The position numbers were made by a program, and so were the translations under genes. DNA of 32,919 bases, taken from Chiloscyllium plagiosum (taxonomy: Eukaryota). This document shows, piece after piece, positions 10,590-21,544 of this stretch. Position 1 is the first letter of the stretch; each line of letters starts with the position of its first letter. Location of the stretch: positions 6,420,561 through 6,453,479 of the forward strand of contig NC_057719.1 of assembly GCF_004010195.1 (NCBI RefSeq), given 5' to 3'. The notes beneath the pieces were generated by a model. It saw only the letters and a program-made list of their open reading frames with translations, ran no database searches and had not been told where the DNA came from.

Positions 10590-10722
10590 TCTTATCAGAC
10601 CATAGAGCTGCTTTCTCATCAGAGCAAAATGGCTGGTGGTGGCATAAGCTGGGGGTCATACCGCAGACAATGCGAAAGGTTGAGGAGGAGAGTCCCTCAG
10701 TCAGTGCAGGAATAGAACACAC
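10590..10722 (-). mobile_element. Decayed SINE of another family
   Basis: Minus strand has B-box-like GTTCTATTCC, then GACTCTCCTCCTCAACC...CCACCACCAG...GCAGCTCTATGGTC; recognised from memory of shark repeats. Confidence 0.4.
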
Positions 10723-10725
10723 TTT

Positions 10726-10928
10726 GTTTGCACATTCTCCCCATGTCTGCGTGGGTTTCCTCCGGGTCCTCCCAAAGATGTGCAGGTTGGGTGGATTGGC
10801 CGTTTTAAATTGACCCTTAGAGTCCAGCTGGATTAGCCATGGGAAATGCAGGGTTACAGGGGTGGGATACTCTTTAGAGAGTTGGTGTGGACTCGATGGG
10901 CTGAAAGGCCTGCTTCCATACTGTAGGG
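10726..10928 (+). mobile_element. HE1-type SINE, 5'-truncated
   Basis: TTTGCACATTCTCCCCATGTCTGCGTGGGTTTCCTCCGGG...GGCCTGCTTCCATACTGTAG. Confidence 0.85.
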
Positions 10929-10959
10929 GCGCTGTGAAATTGGCATCCCCCTCTCACCT

Positions 10960-11370
10960 TCTGAATCTGAGTGCTGTACTGGAGGAGGGGTTGTTTACTG
11001 GGTGAGATTCAAACTGAGCCAATGCACCGTATCCCAGGTATCTCCAACATACCGGAATATTCTCTTGAAGCAGAGAGTTCTCTGGTCCTGGTGTCCTGGT
11101 GAACATTTGTCCACCAGCCAGTAACACCAGAACTGGACTCAAACAAGCGTAGCTATACCGAAGGGGGCCATTTGGTTCGAGTCCATGCCTGCTCTCTGTG
11201 GACCATTCCAAACAGTCCCATTCGATTCTGCAAGGACTAATTGGTTTTTCTGTCTTATTGCAGCCATGTGGGATCTTGCTGTGCAGCATGGAAACAGTGA
11301 CCACAATTCATTGGCTGTGAAGCTCCTTTGGAATGTGCTCAGGGTGTAAACGGCAGTAAGTAAATGCAGC
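10960..11370 (+). mobile_element. Ancient Deu-SINE-like (SacSINE1/AmnSINE-related) remnant
   Basis: GGTGTCCTGG...CATTT, TGTGGGATCTTGCTGTGC, CAGTGAC...TTCATTGGCTGTGAAGC...TAAATGCA motifs in the expected order; family call from memory. Confidence 0.6.
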
Positions 11371-11470
11371 CACCAACAAAAGCAGACTCAGCTGCCACTG
11401 ACCAAGTCAGAAGATGCTGACACAGGCCAGACCCAGGGTTGCTCCATGTCAATGTTTCCCAATCCTCCAG

Positions 11471-11571
11471 AGCCTTTGCCGGGTCCTCCACCAAAGAAGC
11501 ACTCAGTTTCCCAAAGGATCTCAACATGAGGTTGAGGAACAACACCTCATTGAGCATAACCAGCATGATTG
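11471..11571 (+). other. Candidate exon
   Basis: Acceptor TTTCCCAATCCTCCAG, consensus donor G|GTGAGT, two frames open, non-repeat context. Confidence 0.4.
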
Positions 11572-11619
11572 GTGAGTGGTGAATTGTTTAGTAATCCTGA
11601 AGCCATTCATGGGTAAATA

Positions 11620-12120
11620 CAGCAAAATGTGAATGATATCCAGGCTAGGACTGACAAGTGCAAGTACACACAATACCACAGGCAATAGCCTTCTCCAATA
11701 AGGGACAATCTAACCACCACCCCTTGACATTCAATGGCGTCACCATCACTGAATCCACACTATCAACATCCTGGGGGCTACCACCAGAACCTTATACTGG
11801 ATTCACCACATGAACATAGTGGCTACAAGAGCAGGTCAGAGACTAGGAATCCTGCAGTGAGTAACTCCCCAACTCACTATCTACAAGGCACAAGTCAGGA
11901 GTGTGATGGAATACTCCCCACTTGTCTAGATGGGGACAGCTCCAACAACACTCAAGAAGCTTGACACCATCCACTTGACTGGCAACACATCCACAAGCAT
12001 CCACTCCCATCACCACCACCGCAGTAGTGTGTACTGTTGACAAAATGCACTGCAGAAATTCACCAAAAATCCTCAGATAACATCTTCCATATCCATGACC
12101 GTGACCGTGTCCATATAGAA
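11620..12120 (+). mobile_element. LINE family-2 ORF2 C-terminal fragment
   Basis: TIYKAQVRSVMEYSPL and VCTVDKMHCRNSP-type motifs. Confidence 0.8.
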
Positions 12121-12667
12121 GGTCACACTACAGGTGACCCCACTACACTATACATTCTCACACTCACACACATACACACCACACTCTTACATACTCACAT
12201 TCTCATGCAGATCCTCTCTCTTACAGACACACGCACATACACCCCCCGAGAGGCACACACATGCAAATACACTCTCTCTCACACTCACACACACACTCGC
12301 ATGCACGCACAGACACACACACAGACACACACATTCATAAATCTATGGGGTGAATTTTCATTTGCAGAATTGTAATTGTAGATACATTCTATTTTGTTCG
12401 AAAAACACAATCTGCAGGCAGACAATCCATGTAACATTTTATAAATTCCCACTTTGGAAATAGAACCAATCTGACTCAAGATTTGGATACAGACAGACTC
12501 TAACCTTACACCTTTACTGCATTGTCAGGCTGAGATGTCACTTCCTTCACAAAATCTTATCTTGAGAATCTGACTTGAAAGAAGTTCTGGGGTTTACATA
12601 TTAATGAACCGAAAGCTGCAACCCGTTCTAAAAGATGAAAGACTTAACATCAATCTAGGTTTGTTCA
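12121..12667 (+). mobile_element. PLE family-2 3' region (ORF end, CA-rich tract, AT-rich UTR)
   Basis: GTCACACTACAGGTGA, CA-rich tract and TTCTAAAAGATGA.AGACTTAAC match 25968-26545. Confidence 0.85.
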
Positions 12668-12750
12668 CGTTTTGGGCATAAGCCCTCACATTCCTGCTCC
12701 TCGGATGCTGCCTGACCGGCTGTGCTTTTCCAGCACCACTCTGATCTAGA
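12668..12750. mobile_element. PLE family-1 short inverted terminal fragment
   Basis: CGTTTTGGGCATAAGCCCT (minus) joined to CCTGCTCCTCGGATGCTGCC...CCAGCACCACTCT (plus). Confidence 0.8.
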
Positions 12751-12962
12751 ATATTGAGAGTCAAGTTCAGGCCTCATCAATGATAAGCCCCAGTAAGTTG
12801 ACAGAGAAGGATTCATTGATGGTAATACCACTGAATGTCAAGGGCAGTTATTAGATTGTCTCTACTTGGCGGTGGTGATTGCCTGGCATTTGTGCCATGT
12901 TAATGTTACTTGCCATTTTTCAGCCCACAGCTGGATATTGTCCAGATCTTGCTGCATTTGAA

Positions 12963-13468
12963 TCCACTGCACATCCACTAATATCATTTATAATATCATT
13001 TATTGTATCCGTTGCTCCCGATGCGGTCTCCTCTACATTGGGGAGACTGGGCACCTCCTAGCAGAGCGCTTTAGGGAACATCTCCGAGACACCCGCACCA
13101 ATCAACCAAACCGCCAACATTTCAACTCCCCCTCCCACTCTGCCGAGGATATGGAGGTCCTGGGCCTCCTTCACCGCCCGACCTGCCCAGCTCCTTTTCC
13201 ACCTATCCACTCCACCCTCTCCTCCCTGACCTATCACGTTCATCTCCTTCCCCACTGACCTATTGTACTCTATGCCACTCTCTCCCCACCCCCACCCTCC
13301 TCTAGCTTATCTCTCCATGCTTCAGGCTCTCTGCCTTTATTCCTGATGAAGGGCTTTTGCCCGAAACGTCGATTTTGCCTGTCCTCGGATGCTGCCTGAA
13401 TTGCTGTGCTCTTCCAGCACCACTAATCCAGAATCTGGTTTCCAGCATCTGCAGTCATTGTTTTTACC
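12963..13468 (+). mobile_element. PLE family 1: GIY-YIG endonuclease remnant plus terminal repeat, 9-bp TSD
   Basis: NIIYCIRCSRCGLLYIG(fs)ETGHLLAERFREHL...HFNSPSHS; TSD GCATTTGAA at 12954-12962 and 13469-13477. Confidence 0.92.
13340..13374 (+). ncRNA. Minimal type-I hammerhead ribozyme motif, core intact
   Basis: CTGATGA-A-GGGC-TTTT-GCCC-GAAAC-GTC; short helix I (TC/GA). Confidence 0.8.
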
Positions 13469-13699
13469 GCATTTGAACATGGACTGCTTCACTATCTGAG
13501 GTGTCATGAATGGTGCTGAACATTGTACAATAATCAGCAAACATCCCCACCTCTGACCTTATGATGGAGGGAAGATCATTGATGAAGCAGCTGAAGCTGG
13601 TTGGGCCTAGGACACTACCCTGAGGATCTCCTGTAGCGATGTCCTGGAGCTGAGATAACTGACCTCCAACAACCACAATCATCTTCCTATGTGTCAGAT

Positions 13700-14033
13700 A
13701 AGGTATTGGATGGGTGTATGAGTAGGAAGGGTGTAGAGAGATATGGGCCAAATGCTGGCAAATAGGATTAGATTAGTTTAGGATACCTGGTTAGTATGGA
13801 TGAGTTGGACTGAAAGTCTTTTTCTGTGCTGTACATCTCTATAACTCTATGACTCTAAGTGATGGATGTGCGTACAATTACAACATCTAAAAGACATTTT
13901 GGATAAGTACATGAAGAGGAAAGGTTTGGAGGGATATGGGTGAGAGCAGGCAGGTGGGACTGGTTTAATTTGGGATTATGTTCAGCATGGACTGGTTGGA
14001 CCAAATGCTCTTTTTCTGTGCTGTATGACTCTA
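13700..14033 (+). mobile_element. Two consecutive CR1-type 3' tails
   Basis: Two 3' UTR copies ending in ACTCTATGACTCTA (~13857) and ATGACTCTAAGACTC (~14038). Confidence 0.8.
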
Positions 14034-14674
14034 AGACTCCAACCAACAGAGAACTTGCCTCCAATACCCATTCATTCCAGTTTTGTGAGGGCTCTTCGAT
14101 ACCACATGTGGTCGAGTTCGGACTTGACATCAAGGGTTGTCCCTCTCCCCTCCCCTCTGGATTTCTTTTGTCCATGTTTGAACCAAGGCTGTAATGAGAT
14201 CAGGAGCTGAGTGACACTGGCAGAACCCAAACTGGGCATCACTGAGCAGGCTATTGCTGAGCAGGTGTGGCTTGATAGCACTGTTGATGACCCCTTTCAC
14301 TCATGATAATGGGGATTCTCAATGTGAAGACAGGAACTGTGGAGTGGTTAACCTTCCCAATACTATCAGGAACTAAGGCATCTGCATCCAGTAGGTTGGT
14401 AAGCGTGAGGTCAAGTATGTTCCCTCACTACCTGCTGCAGAGCTAGTCTGGTAGCTACGTCCTTTAGGACCAGACTAGCTCGATCAGTAGTACCACTGCT
14501 GACCCACTTCTAGTGGCGGACATTGCAATCCCCCTCCCACAATGCACTTTGTGTCATTGCCACCCTCAGTACTTCCTCTAAGTGTTGTTCAACATGGAGG
14601 AGTACTGACCCATCAGCGAGGGAGGAGGTTCATGTTAATCAACAGGAGGTTTCCATGCCCATGTTTAACCTGTT

Positions 14675-15143
14675 CGAAAAGATTTACAAGGATGTTGCCA
14701 GGGTTGGAGGATTTGAACTATAGGGAGAGGCTGAACAGGCTCGGGCTGTTTTCCCTGGACCATAGGAGACAGAGGTTTACAAAATTATGAGGGGCATGGA
14801 TAGGGTAAATAGACAAGGTCTTTTTCCTAGGGTCGGGGAGCCCAGAACTAGAGAGCATAGGTTTAGGGTGAGAGGGGAAAGATATAAAAGAGACCTAAGG
14901 GGTAACTTTTTCACGCAGAGGGTGGTACGTGTATGGAATGAGCTGCCAGAGGAAGTGGTGGGGCTGGTATAATTGCAACATTTAAGAGGCATTTGGATGA
15001 GTATATGAATAGGAAGGGTTTGGAGGGATATGGGCCGGGTGCTGGCAGGTGGGACTAGATTGGGTTGGGATATCTGTTTGGCATGGACAGTTTGGACCGA
15101 AGAGTCTGGATCTATGCTGTACATCTCTATGACTCTATGACTC
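14675..15143 (+). mobile_element. CR1-type (HER1-like) LINE 3' fragment
   Basis: RFTRMLPGLEDLNYRERLNRLGLFSL...LRGNFFTQRVVRVWNELPEEVV; tail CTATGACTCTATGACT. Confidence 0.92.
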
Positions 15144-16624
15144 CATGGTGTCCAGAGTCAATGTTGAGGACTCCCAGGGCAACTCTGTCCCAACTGTACA
15201 CCACTGTGCCGCCACCTCTACCATGTCTGACCTGCCGGTGAGGCAGAACATATCCAAGGATGTTGATGGTGGTGTCTGGGACATTGTCTGTAAGGTATGA
15301 TTGCAGAGTATGACTGTGTCAGGCTGTTGTTTGACTCGTCTATCAGTCAGCTCTCCCAATTCTGGCACTGTCCCCCAGATGTTAGTGAGGAGTACTTTGC
15401 ACGGACAACAGGGCTGTTTCTGAAGCCTGGGTCTGTCCAGTTCCAGTCAGCTTTTCTCTCTGACCCTTTTAGCATTTGATACAAGTGAATTACTTGATCA
15501 GCCATTTCCGAGGGTTAGTACAATCAAAAGGGGAATGGCAAACAGGCAAATGTAATGGCTCTTTGAATGCACATAGTATTCTGAGTAAAACAAATGGATT
15601 AATGGCACAAATAGAGACTAATAGATGTGACCTTATGTGCATCATGGAGATACAAGGAGACCAAAAGTGGGAACTAAATATTAAGGGGTATGTGACTTTT
15701 TGATAGGACAGACAGGAAGGAAATTGTGGTGGCGCAGCTTTGTTAGTATGGTATGGAATAAGCATGATAGAAAGAAGTGATCAAGGACTGGATAGTATAG
15801 AATCTATATGGGTCAAGGTAAGATGACACCAATGGAAGTAGCCTATAGACTCCCTAATAGTAACTACTCTATAGAACAAAAAATAAATAAGGATAAAATG
15901 AACAAATGTAACAAAGAGAATACATTAATCACAGGCGACTTTAATCTTCATGTTAGATTGGAAAAATCATATTGGCAAAGGTAGCCACAGCAAGGAATTC
16001 ATGGAGAGTGTTTGGGTCAATTTCCGGAACAATATGTTGTGGATCAAAGCAGGGATCAGGTCATTTTTGAATCTGGTGGTGTATAGTTAGATTGAATAAT
16101 TGATCTCAGAGTAAAAGATCCTCTCGGGAACTGTGCCAGTAAATGATAGAATTTAGTATTCAGTTTGAGAGTGAGAAACTTGTGTCAGAAACAACTGTGC
16201 TAATTAAGAGTAATTACAAAGGAATGTGGGCAGAATGGGCTGGTGGATGGGGAAATAGATTTAGCAGAAAAGATAGCTGAGGAGCAAAGTGGATGTTTAA
16301 AAAAATATTCATGACTCATAGTAAAGACATATCGCAGTGAGGAAGAAGAGTTCTAAGGTGCGAATAAACTGACCTTAGTTAACCAAGAAAACTAACAATA
16401 ATACCAAATTGAAAGAAAAATATACGATATGGTAAATGCTACTGGCAAACTAAAGGACTGGACAAGGTTTAAACACCAACAAAAGATTACCAAAAAAAAC
16501 TTTGAGGGCAAACTAACAAGTAAAAGTAAATTAGACAGTAAGAACTTATTTAAACACGTAAAAATGAACAGAGACACCGATGTGAATATATATCCTTTAG
16601 AAAACAAGGCTGAGGCGATAATAA

Positions 16625-16850
16625 TCGAAGAGGGTGGTGCTGGAAAAGCACAGCAGGTCAGGCAGCACCTGAGGAGCAGGAGAATCAACGTTTCAGGCAT
16701 AAGCCCTTCATCAGGAATTCTTGCTGATGAAGGGCTTATGTTCGTAATGTGGACTCTCCTGCTCCTCGGATGCTGCCTGACCTGCTGTGCTTTTCCAGCA
16801 CCACCCTCTTCGACTCCAATCTCCAGCATCTGCAGTGCTCACCTTCTCCT
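16625..16850. mobile_element. Fold-back PLE family-1 mini-element
   Basis: 90-bp inverted arms 16625-16714 and 16724-16813, followed by the element 3' end. Confidence 0.9.
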
Positions 16851-17294
16851 GGGGAAATAATAAGGGAATTATTAGGAAACGGTAGAGGCTTTGAATGAAT
16901 ACTTTGCATCAGTCTTTACAGTATGTTATCCTAATAACATCCCAATAATACTAAAGCTGGGGGAGGGGAAGAGGGGTGGGAATATACACAATAACAGTCA
17001 CAAGAGGAGACGTACTAGAGAAACTGATGAGTCTAAAGGCCGATAGGTTCTGTGGACCTAAAGGGTTCCATCTCAGGTTTTAAAGGAAACAGCTGCAGAG
17101 GTAGTAGATGCACTGCTAGTAATTTGCAGGAATCCTTAGAATCTTGGAAAATCCAAAAGTATTGGAAAACTGTCAATATGTAAACCTTACTCAAAAAGGG
17201 AGCTTTTTTTAAAAAAAGGTGACTATAGTCCATTTAGCTTGCCATTTTAATCAGGAAAATGCTAGAGTCTATTATAATCAATGTTATAAAGGAT

Positions 17295-17630
17295 AACTTC
17301 ACCAAAGATCCTCAGACAGCACCTTCCAAACCCACGACCACTTCCAACTAGAAGGACAAGGGCAGCAGGTACAAGGGAACACCACCACCTTCAATTTCCC
17401 TTCCAAGCCACTCACCATCCTGACTTGGAAATATATTGCCATTCCTTCACTGTCACTGGATCAAAATCCCGGAATTCTGTACCTAAGGGCATTGTGGATC
17501 AACCTACAGAAAATGGGCTGCAGCTGTTCAAAAAGGCAGCTCACCATCACCTTCTCAAAAGGCAACTAGGGACGGGCAATAAATGCTGGGCCAGCCAGCA
17601 AAGCCTACATCCCACAAATGAATTTTTAAA
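17295..17630 (+). mobile_element. LINE family-2 3' end
   Basis: SPKILRQHLPNPRPLPTRRTRAA and 3' UTR ending ATGAATTTTTAAA. Confidence 0.85.
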
Positions 17631-17783
17631 GAGAGCATTTAGAAATATGTTATATAATTAAGCAGAGTCGGCAAGGTTTCATGAAATGGAAACCATGCCT
17701 GACAAACTTCTTCAAGAAGGTGTCAAAACAGGTGGATGAAGGTAAGGAAGTTGATGCGGTGTATGGAGACTAGTAAGGCATTT

Positions 17784-18111
17784 GATTAGATTCCCTACAG
17801 TGTGGAAACAGACCCTTTGGCCCAACAAGTCCACACCAACCCTCCGAAGAGTAACCCACCCAGACCCATTCTCCTACCCTATATTTACCCCTGTCAAAGC
17901 ACCTAACACAATGGGCAATTTAGCATGGCCAATTCACCCTAACCTGCACATCTTTAGATTGTGGGAGGAAACCGGAGCACCCGGAGGAAACCCACACTGA
18001 CACGGGGAGAATGTGCAAACTCCACACAGACAGTCACCCGAGGTGGGAATCATACCTGGGTCCCTGGCACTATGAGGCAGCAGTGCTAACCACTGAGCCA
18101 TCGTGTCGCCC
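17784..18111 (-). mobile_element. HE1-type SINE (in duplication copy 1)
   Basis: Full head, central motif and tail. Confidence 0.9.
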
Positions 18112-18651
18112 ATAACATTTAATAAGGTTCCACACAGTAGGCTATTGCACAAACTAAGGAGTTTCGGGATTGAAGGTGATTTAACGGTTTGGATCAGAAA
18201 TTGGCTAGCTGAAAGAAAACAGAGGGTGGTGGTTGATGGGAAATGTTCATCCTGGAGCTCAGTTACCAGTGGTGTGCCGCAAGGATCTGTTTTGGGGACC
18301 ATATTGCCATTCCTTCACTGTCACTGGATCAAAATCCCGGAATTCTGTACCTAAGGGCATTGTGGATCAACCTACAGAAAATGGGCTGCAGCAGTTCAAA
18401 AAGGCAGCTCACCATCACCTTCTCAAAAGGCAACTAGGGACGGGCAATAAATGCTGGGCCAGCCAGCAAAGCCCACATCCCACAAATGAATTTTTAAAGA
18501 GAGCATTTAGAAATATGTTATATAATTAAGCAGAGTCGGCAAGGTTTCATGAAATGGAAACCATGCCTGACAAACTTCTTCAAGAAGGTGTCAAAACAGG
18601 TGGATGAAGGTAAGGAAGTTGATGCGGTGTATGGAGACTAGTAAAGCATTT

Positions 18652-18979
18652 TATTAGGTTCCCTACAGTGTGGAAACAGACCCTTTGGCCCAACAAGTCC
18701 ACACCAACCCTCCGAAGAGTAACCCACCCAGACCCATTCTCCTACCCTATATTTACCCCTGCCAAAGCACCTAATACAATGGGCAATTTAGCACGGCCAA
18801 TTCACCCTAACCTGCACGTCTTTAGATTGTGGGAGGAAACCGGAGCACCCGGAGGAAACCCACACAGACACGGGGAGAATGTGCAAACTCCACACAGACA
18901 GTCAGCCGAGGTGGGAATCATACCTGGGTCCCTGGCGGTGTGAGGCAGAAGTGCTAACCACTGAGCCATCGTGTCGCCC
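18652..18979 (-). mobile_element. HE1-type SINE (in duplication copy 2)
   Basis: Duplicate of 17784-18111. Confidence 0.9.
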
Positions 18980-20130
18980 ATAACATTTAATAAGGTTCCA
19001 CATAGTAGACTATTGCACAAACTAAGGAGTTTCGGGATTGAAGGTGATTTAACGGTTTGGATCAGAAATTGGCTAGCTGAAAGAAAACAGAGGGTGGTGG
19101 TTGATGGGAAATGTTAATCCTGGAGCTCAGTTACCAGTGGTGTGCCACAAGGATCTGTTTTGGGGACCACTGTTGTTTGTCAATTTTATAAATGATCTGG
19201 AGGTGGGTGTAGAAGGATGGGTTAGTAAATTTGCAGAGAGACTAAGATAGGCAGAGATGTGGATAGTGTCGAAGGATGTCGTGGGTTACAAAGGGACATT
19301 GATAAGATGCAGAGCTGGGCTGAGAAGTGGCAAATGGAATTTAATGTGGAAAAGTGTGAGGTAGTTCACTTTGGAAGAAGTAACAGGAATGCAGAGTATT
19401 GGGCTAATGGTAAAATTCTTGGCAATGTAGATGAACAGAGAAATCTTGGTGTCCAGGTGCATAAATCCCTGAAAGTTGCCACCCAGGTTGATAGGGCTAT
19501 TAAGAAGGCATATGGTGTGTTGGCATTTATTGGTATGGGGATTGAGTTTCGGAGCCACGTGGGCATGCTTCAGCTGTACAGGACACTGGTAAGGCCGCAC
19601 CTGGAGTATTGTGTACAGTTCTGGTCACCGCATTATAGGAAGGATGTGTAAGCTTTGGAAAGGGTTCAAATGAGATTTACTGAGGTGTGGTCTGGTATGG
19701 AAGGAAGGTCTTACAAGGAAAGGCTGAGGGAACTGAGGCTGTTTTCGTTGGAGAGTAGAGGGTTGAGAGGTGACTTAATCAAGGCGTATAAGATAATCAG
19801 AGGGTTATATAGGGTGGACAGTGAGAACTCTTTTCCTCGGATGGTGAAGGCTAACATGAGGGGACATAGCTTTAAATTGAGAGGTGATAGATTTAGGACA
19901 GATATTGGGGTAGTTTCGTTACTCAGAGAGTAGTAGTGGTGTGGAACGGCCTGCCTGCAACAGTAGTAGACACACCAATGTTAAAGGCAGTTAAATGGGC
20001 ATTGACATACATATGGATAATAATGGAACCGTGTAGGTTAGAGGGGAATCAGATTCATTTCACAGGTCGGTGCAACATTGAGTGCCGAAAGGCCTGTACT
20101 GTGCTGTAACATTCTATGTTCTATGTTCTA
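18980..20130 (+). mobile_element. Relatively young CR1-type LINE RT and 3' end, disabled
   Basis: SGVPQGSVLGPLLFVNFINDL, WAEKWQMEFNVEKCEVVHFG, LVRPHLEYCVQFWSPHYRKDV then a premature TAA (19649-19651); tail (TTCTATG)n. Confidence 0.92.
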
Positions 20131-20671
20131 AATTCACTAGAATTATTTGAGGAGATAACAAAAAGAATAGATAAAGGGGGCAAAGTGAATATAATTGAAT
20201 TTGTACAAGATGTTGATAAGGTAGCATGGATTAGGGTACTTAACAGGATAAGAGCCAACGGTGTTGGGGGTAGTAATATTAACATGGATGGGGATTGCTA
20301 ACCAATAGAAGACAGAGAGTTGGGATAAAAGCTGGCATCTTCATGATGACAATCTGTAACTAGTGGAGTGCCACAGGGATCAGTGCTGGGGCCATAATCA
20401 TTTACAATGCATATTAATGAATGGAATAAGGAAAGTTTGTGGATGACACAAAAATAAATGGGAAAACAAGTGGTGAGGATGACACCAAGAGTATGCAGAG
20501 GGATAGAGACAGGTTAACAGAGTGAGCAAAAACCTGGCAGATGGAATATAATGTGGGGAAAAGAGAGGTTGTGCACTTTGGTAGGAAGAATAGAGGAGCT
20601 AAATATTATTTAAATGGTGAAGGACTGCAGAAAGCTGCAGTGCAGGGGGATTTGGGAGCTCTCATATATAT

Positions 20672-21230
20672 ATCCACACTCTACCATCCTAGTCAGCAAT
20701 GAATTCTAACTCGTTACTGATCACTTTATAAACAAATTCTTCCTCACTTCCAACCCTGAATCATTTTCCAAACCCTTAAATTTATGTCTTTAGTCCGTGT
20801 TCCATTGGATAATGAGAGCAGTGAATCTTTGTCTAGATTACCCAATCCTGTCATAATTGGGGAACAATCCCAGATTCTCCACCCTAACCTGGGCGGAAGT
20901 GGGTACTGCAGATGCTGGAGATTCGAGTCAAGATTAGAGTGGTGCTGGAAAAGCACAGCAGGTCAGGCAGCCTCCGAGGAGCAGGAAAATCGACGTTTCA
21001 GGCAAAAGCCCTTCATCAGGAAAGGCTCGGATGCTGCCTGATCTGCTGTGCTTTTCCAGTACGACTCTAATCTTGACTCTGTACCTAACATTACCCACTC
21101 GCCTATTGAACCGCTCCGATAAATCTGCTCCACATTCTTGTATCCTTCTTAAAGTTTGGGGACAAGAACTGGGCACAGTACTCTAGTTGTGGCCTAATCA
21201 GAACTTTAGACAGGTTCAGCTTAACTGCTC
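20672..21230 (-). mobile_element. Old CR1-type LINE 3' fragment
   Basis: Minus strand NLDKDSLLSLSNGTRTKDINLRV; interrupted by a PLE insertion. Confidence 0.55.
20892..21081. mobile_element. Fold-back PLE family-1 mini-element with intact minus-strand hammerhead core
   Basis: Minus strand CTGATGAAGGGCTTTTGCCTGAAACGTC (~20992-21019); inverted arm 21026-21080. Confidence 0.9.
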
Positions 21231-21231
21231 T

Positions 21232-21544
21232 GGGCAGCACAGTGGCTCAGTGGTTAGCACTGCTGCCTCACAGCACCAGGGTCCCAGGTCTGATAACAGC
21301 CTCGGGCGACTGTCTGTGTGGAGTTTGCACATTCTCCCCGTGTCTGCGTGGGTTTCCTCCGGGTGCTCTGGTTTCCTCCCTCAGTTCAAAGATGTGCAGG
21401 TCAGGTGAATTGGCCATGCTAAATTGCACATAGTACTAGATCCATTAGTCAGAGGGGAAATGGGTCTGGGTGGGTTACTCTTCGGTGGGTCGTTGTGGAC
21501 TTGTTGGGACGAAGGGCCTGTTTCCACACTGTAGGGAATCTAAA
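21232..21544 (+). mobile_element. HE1-type SINE, full length
   Basis: Head, central motif and tail GGGCCTGTTTCCACACTGTAGGGAATCTAA. Confidence 0.92.

Larger units (their letters stand above)
12755..15480 (-). mobile_element. Decayed LINE family-2 ORF2 with nested insertions
   Basis: RT motifs PQGSVLGPTSFSCFINDLP and MFADY in ORF 13464-13751; endonuclease-region remnants at 14030-14660 and 15140-15480. Confidence 0.75.
17433..19168. repeat. Tandem duplication, 2 x 868 bp (17433-18300 and 18301-19168)
   Basis: Colinear copies with about 19 substitutions and no indels by manual comparison. Confidence 0.97.
15545..20665 (+). mobile_element. Long decayed CR1-type LINE ORF2 (APE endonuclease to RT) hosting several nested insertions
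   Basis: LNAHSI endonuclease start (~15566), GDFN (~15934), linker region; RT part resumes at ~20130 (LLELFEEITKRIDKG, SGVPQGSVLG). Confidence 0.8.

Noticed and set aside
19259..19933. Well-preserved RT-like ORFs as an active gene
   Set aside because: CR1 ORF2 fragment with a premature stop, altered catalytic motif (FAETK in place of FADDTK) and 5' truncation
21232..21305. tRNA gene-like sequences
   Set aside because: tRNA-derived SINE heads continuing into the HE1 body; no intact cloverleaf
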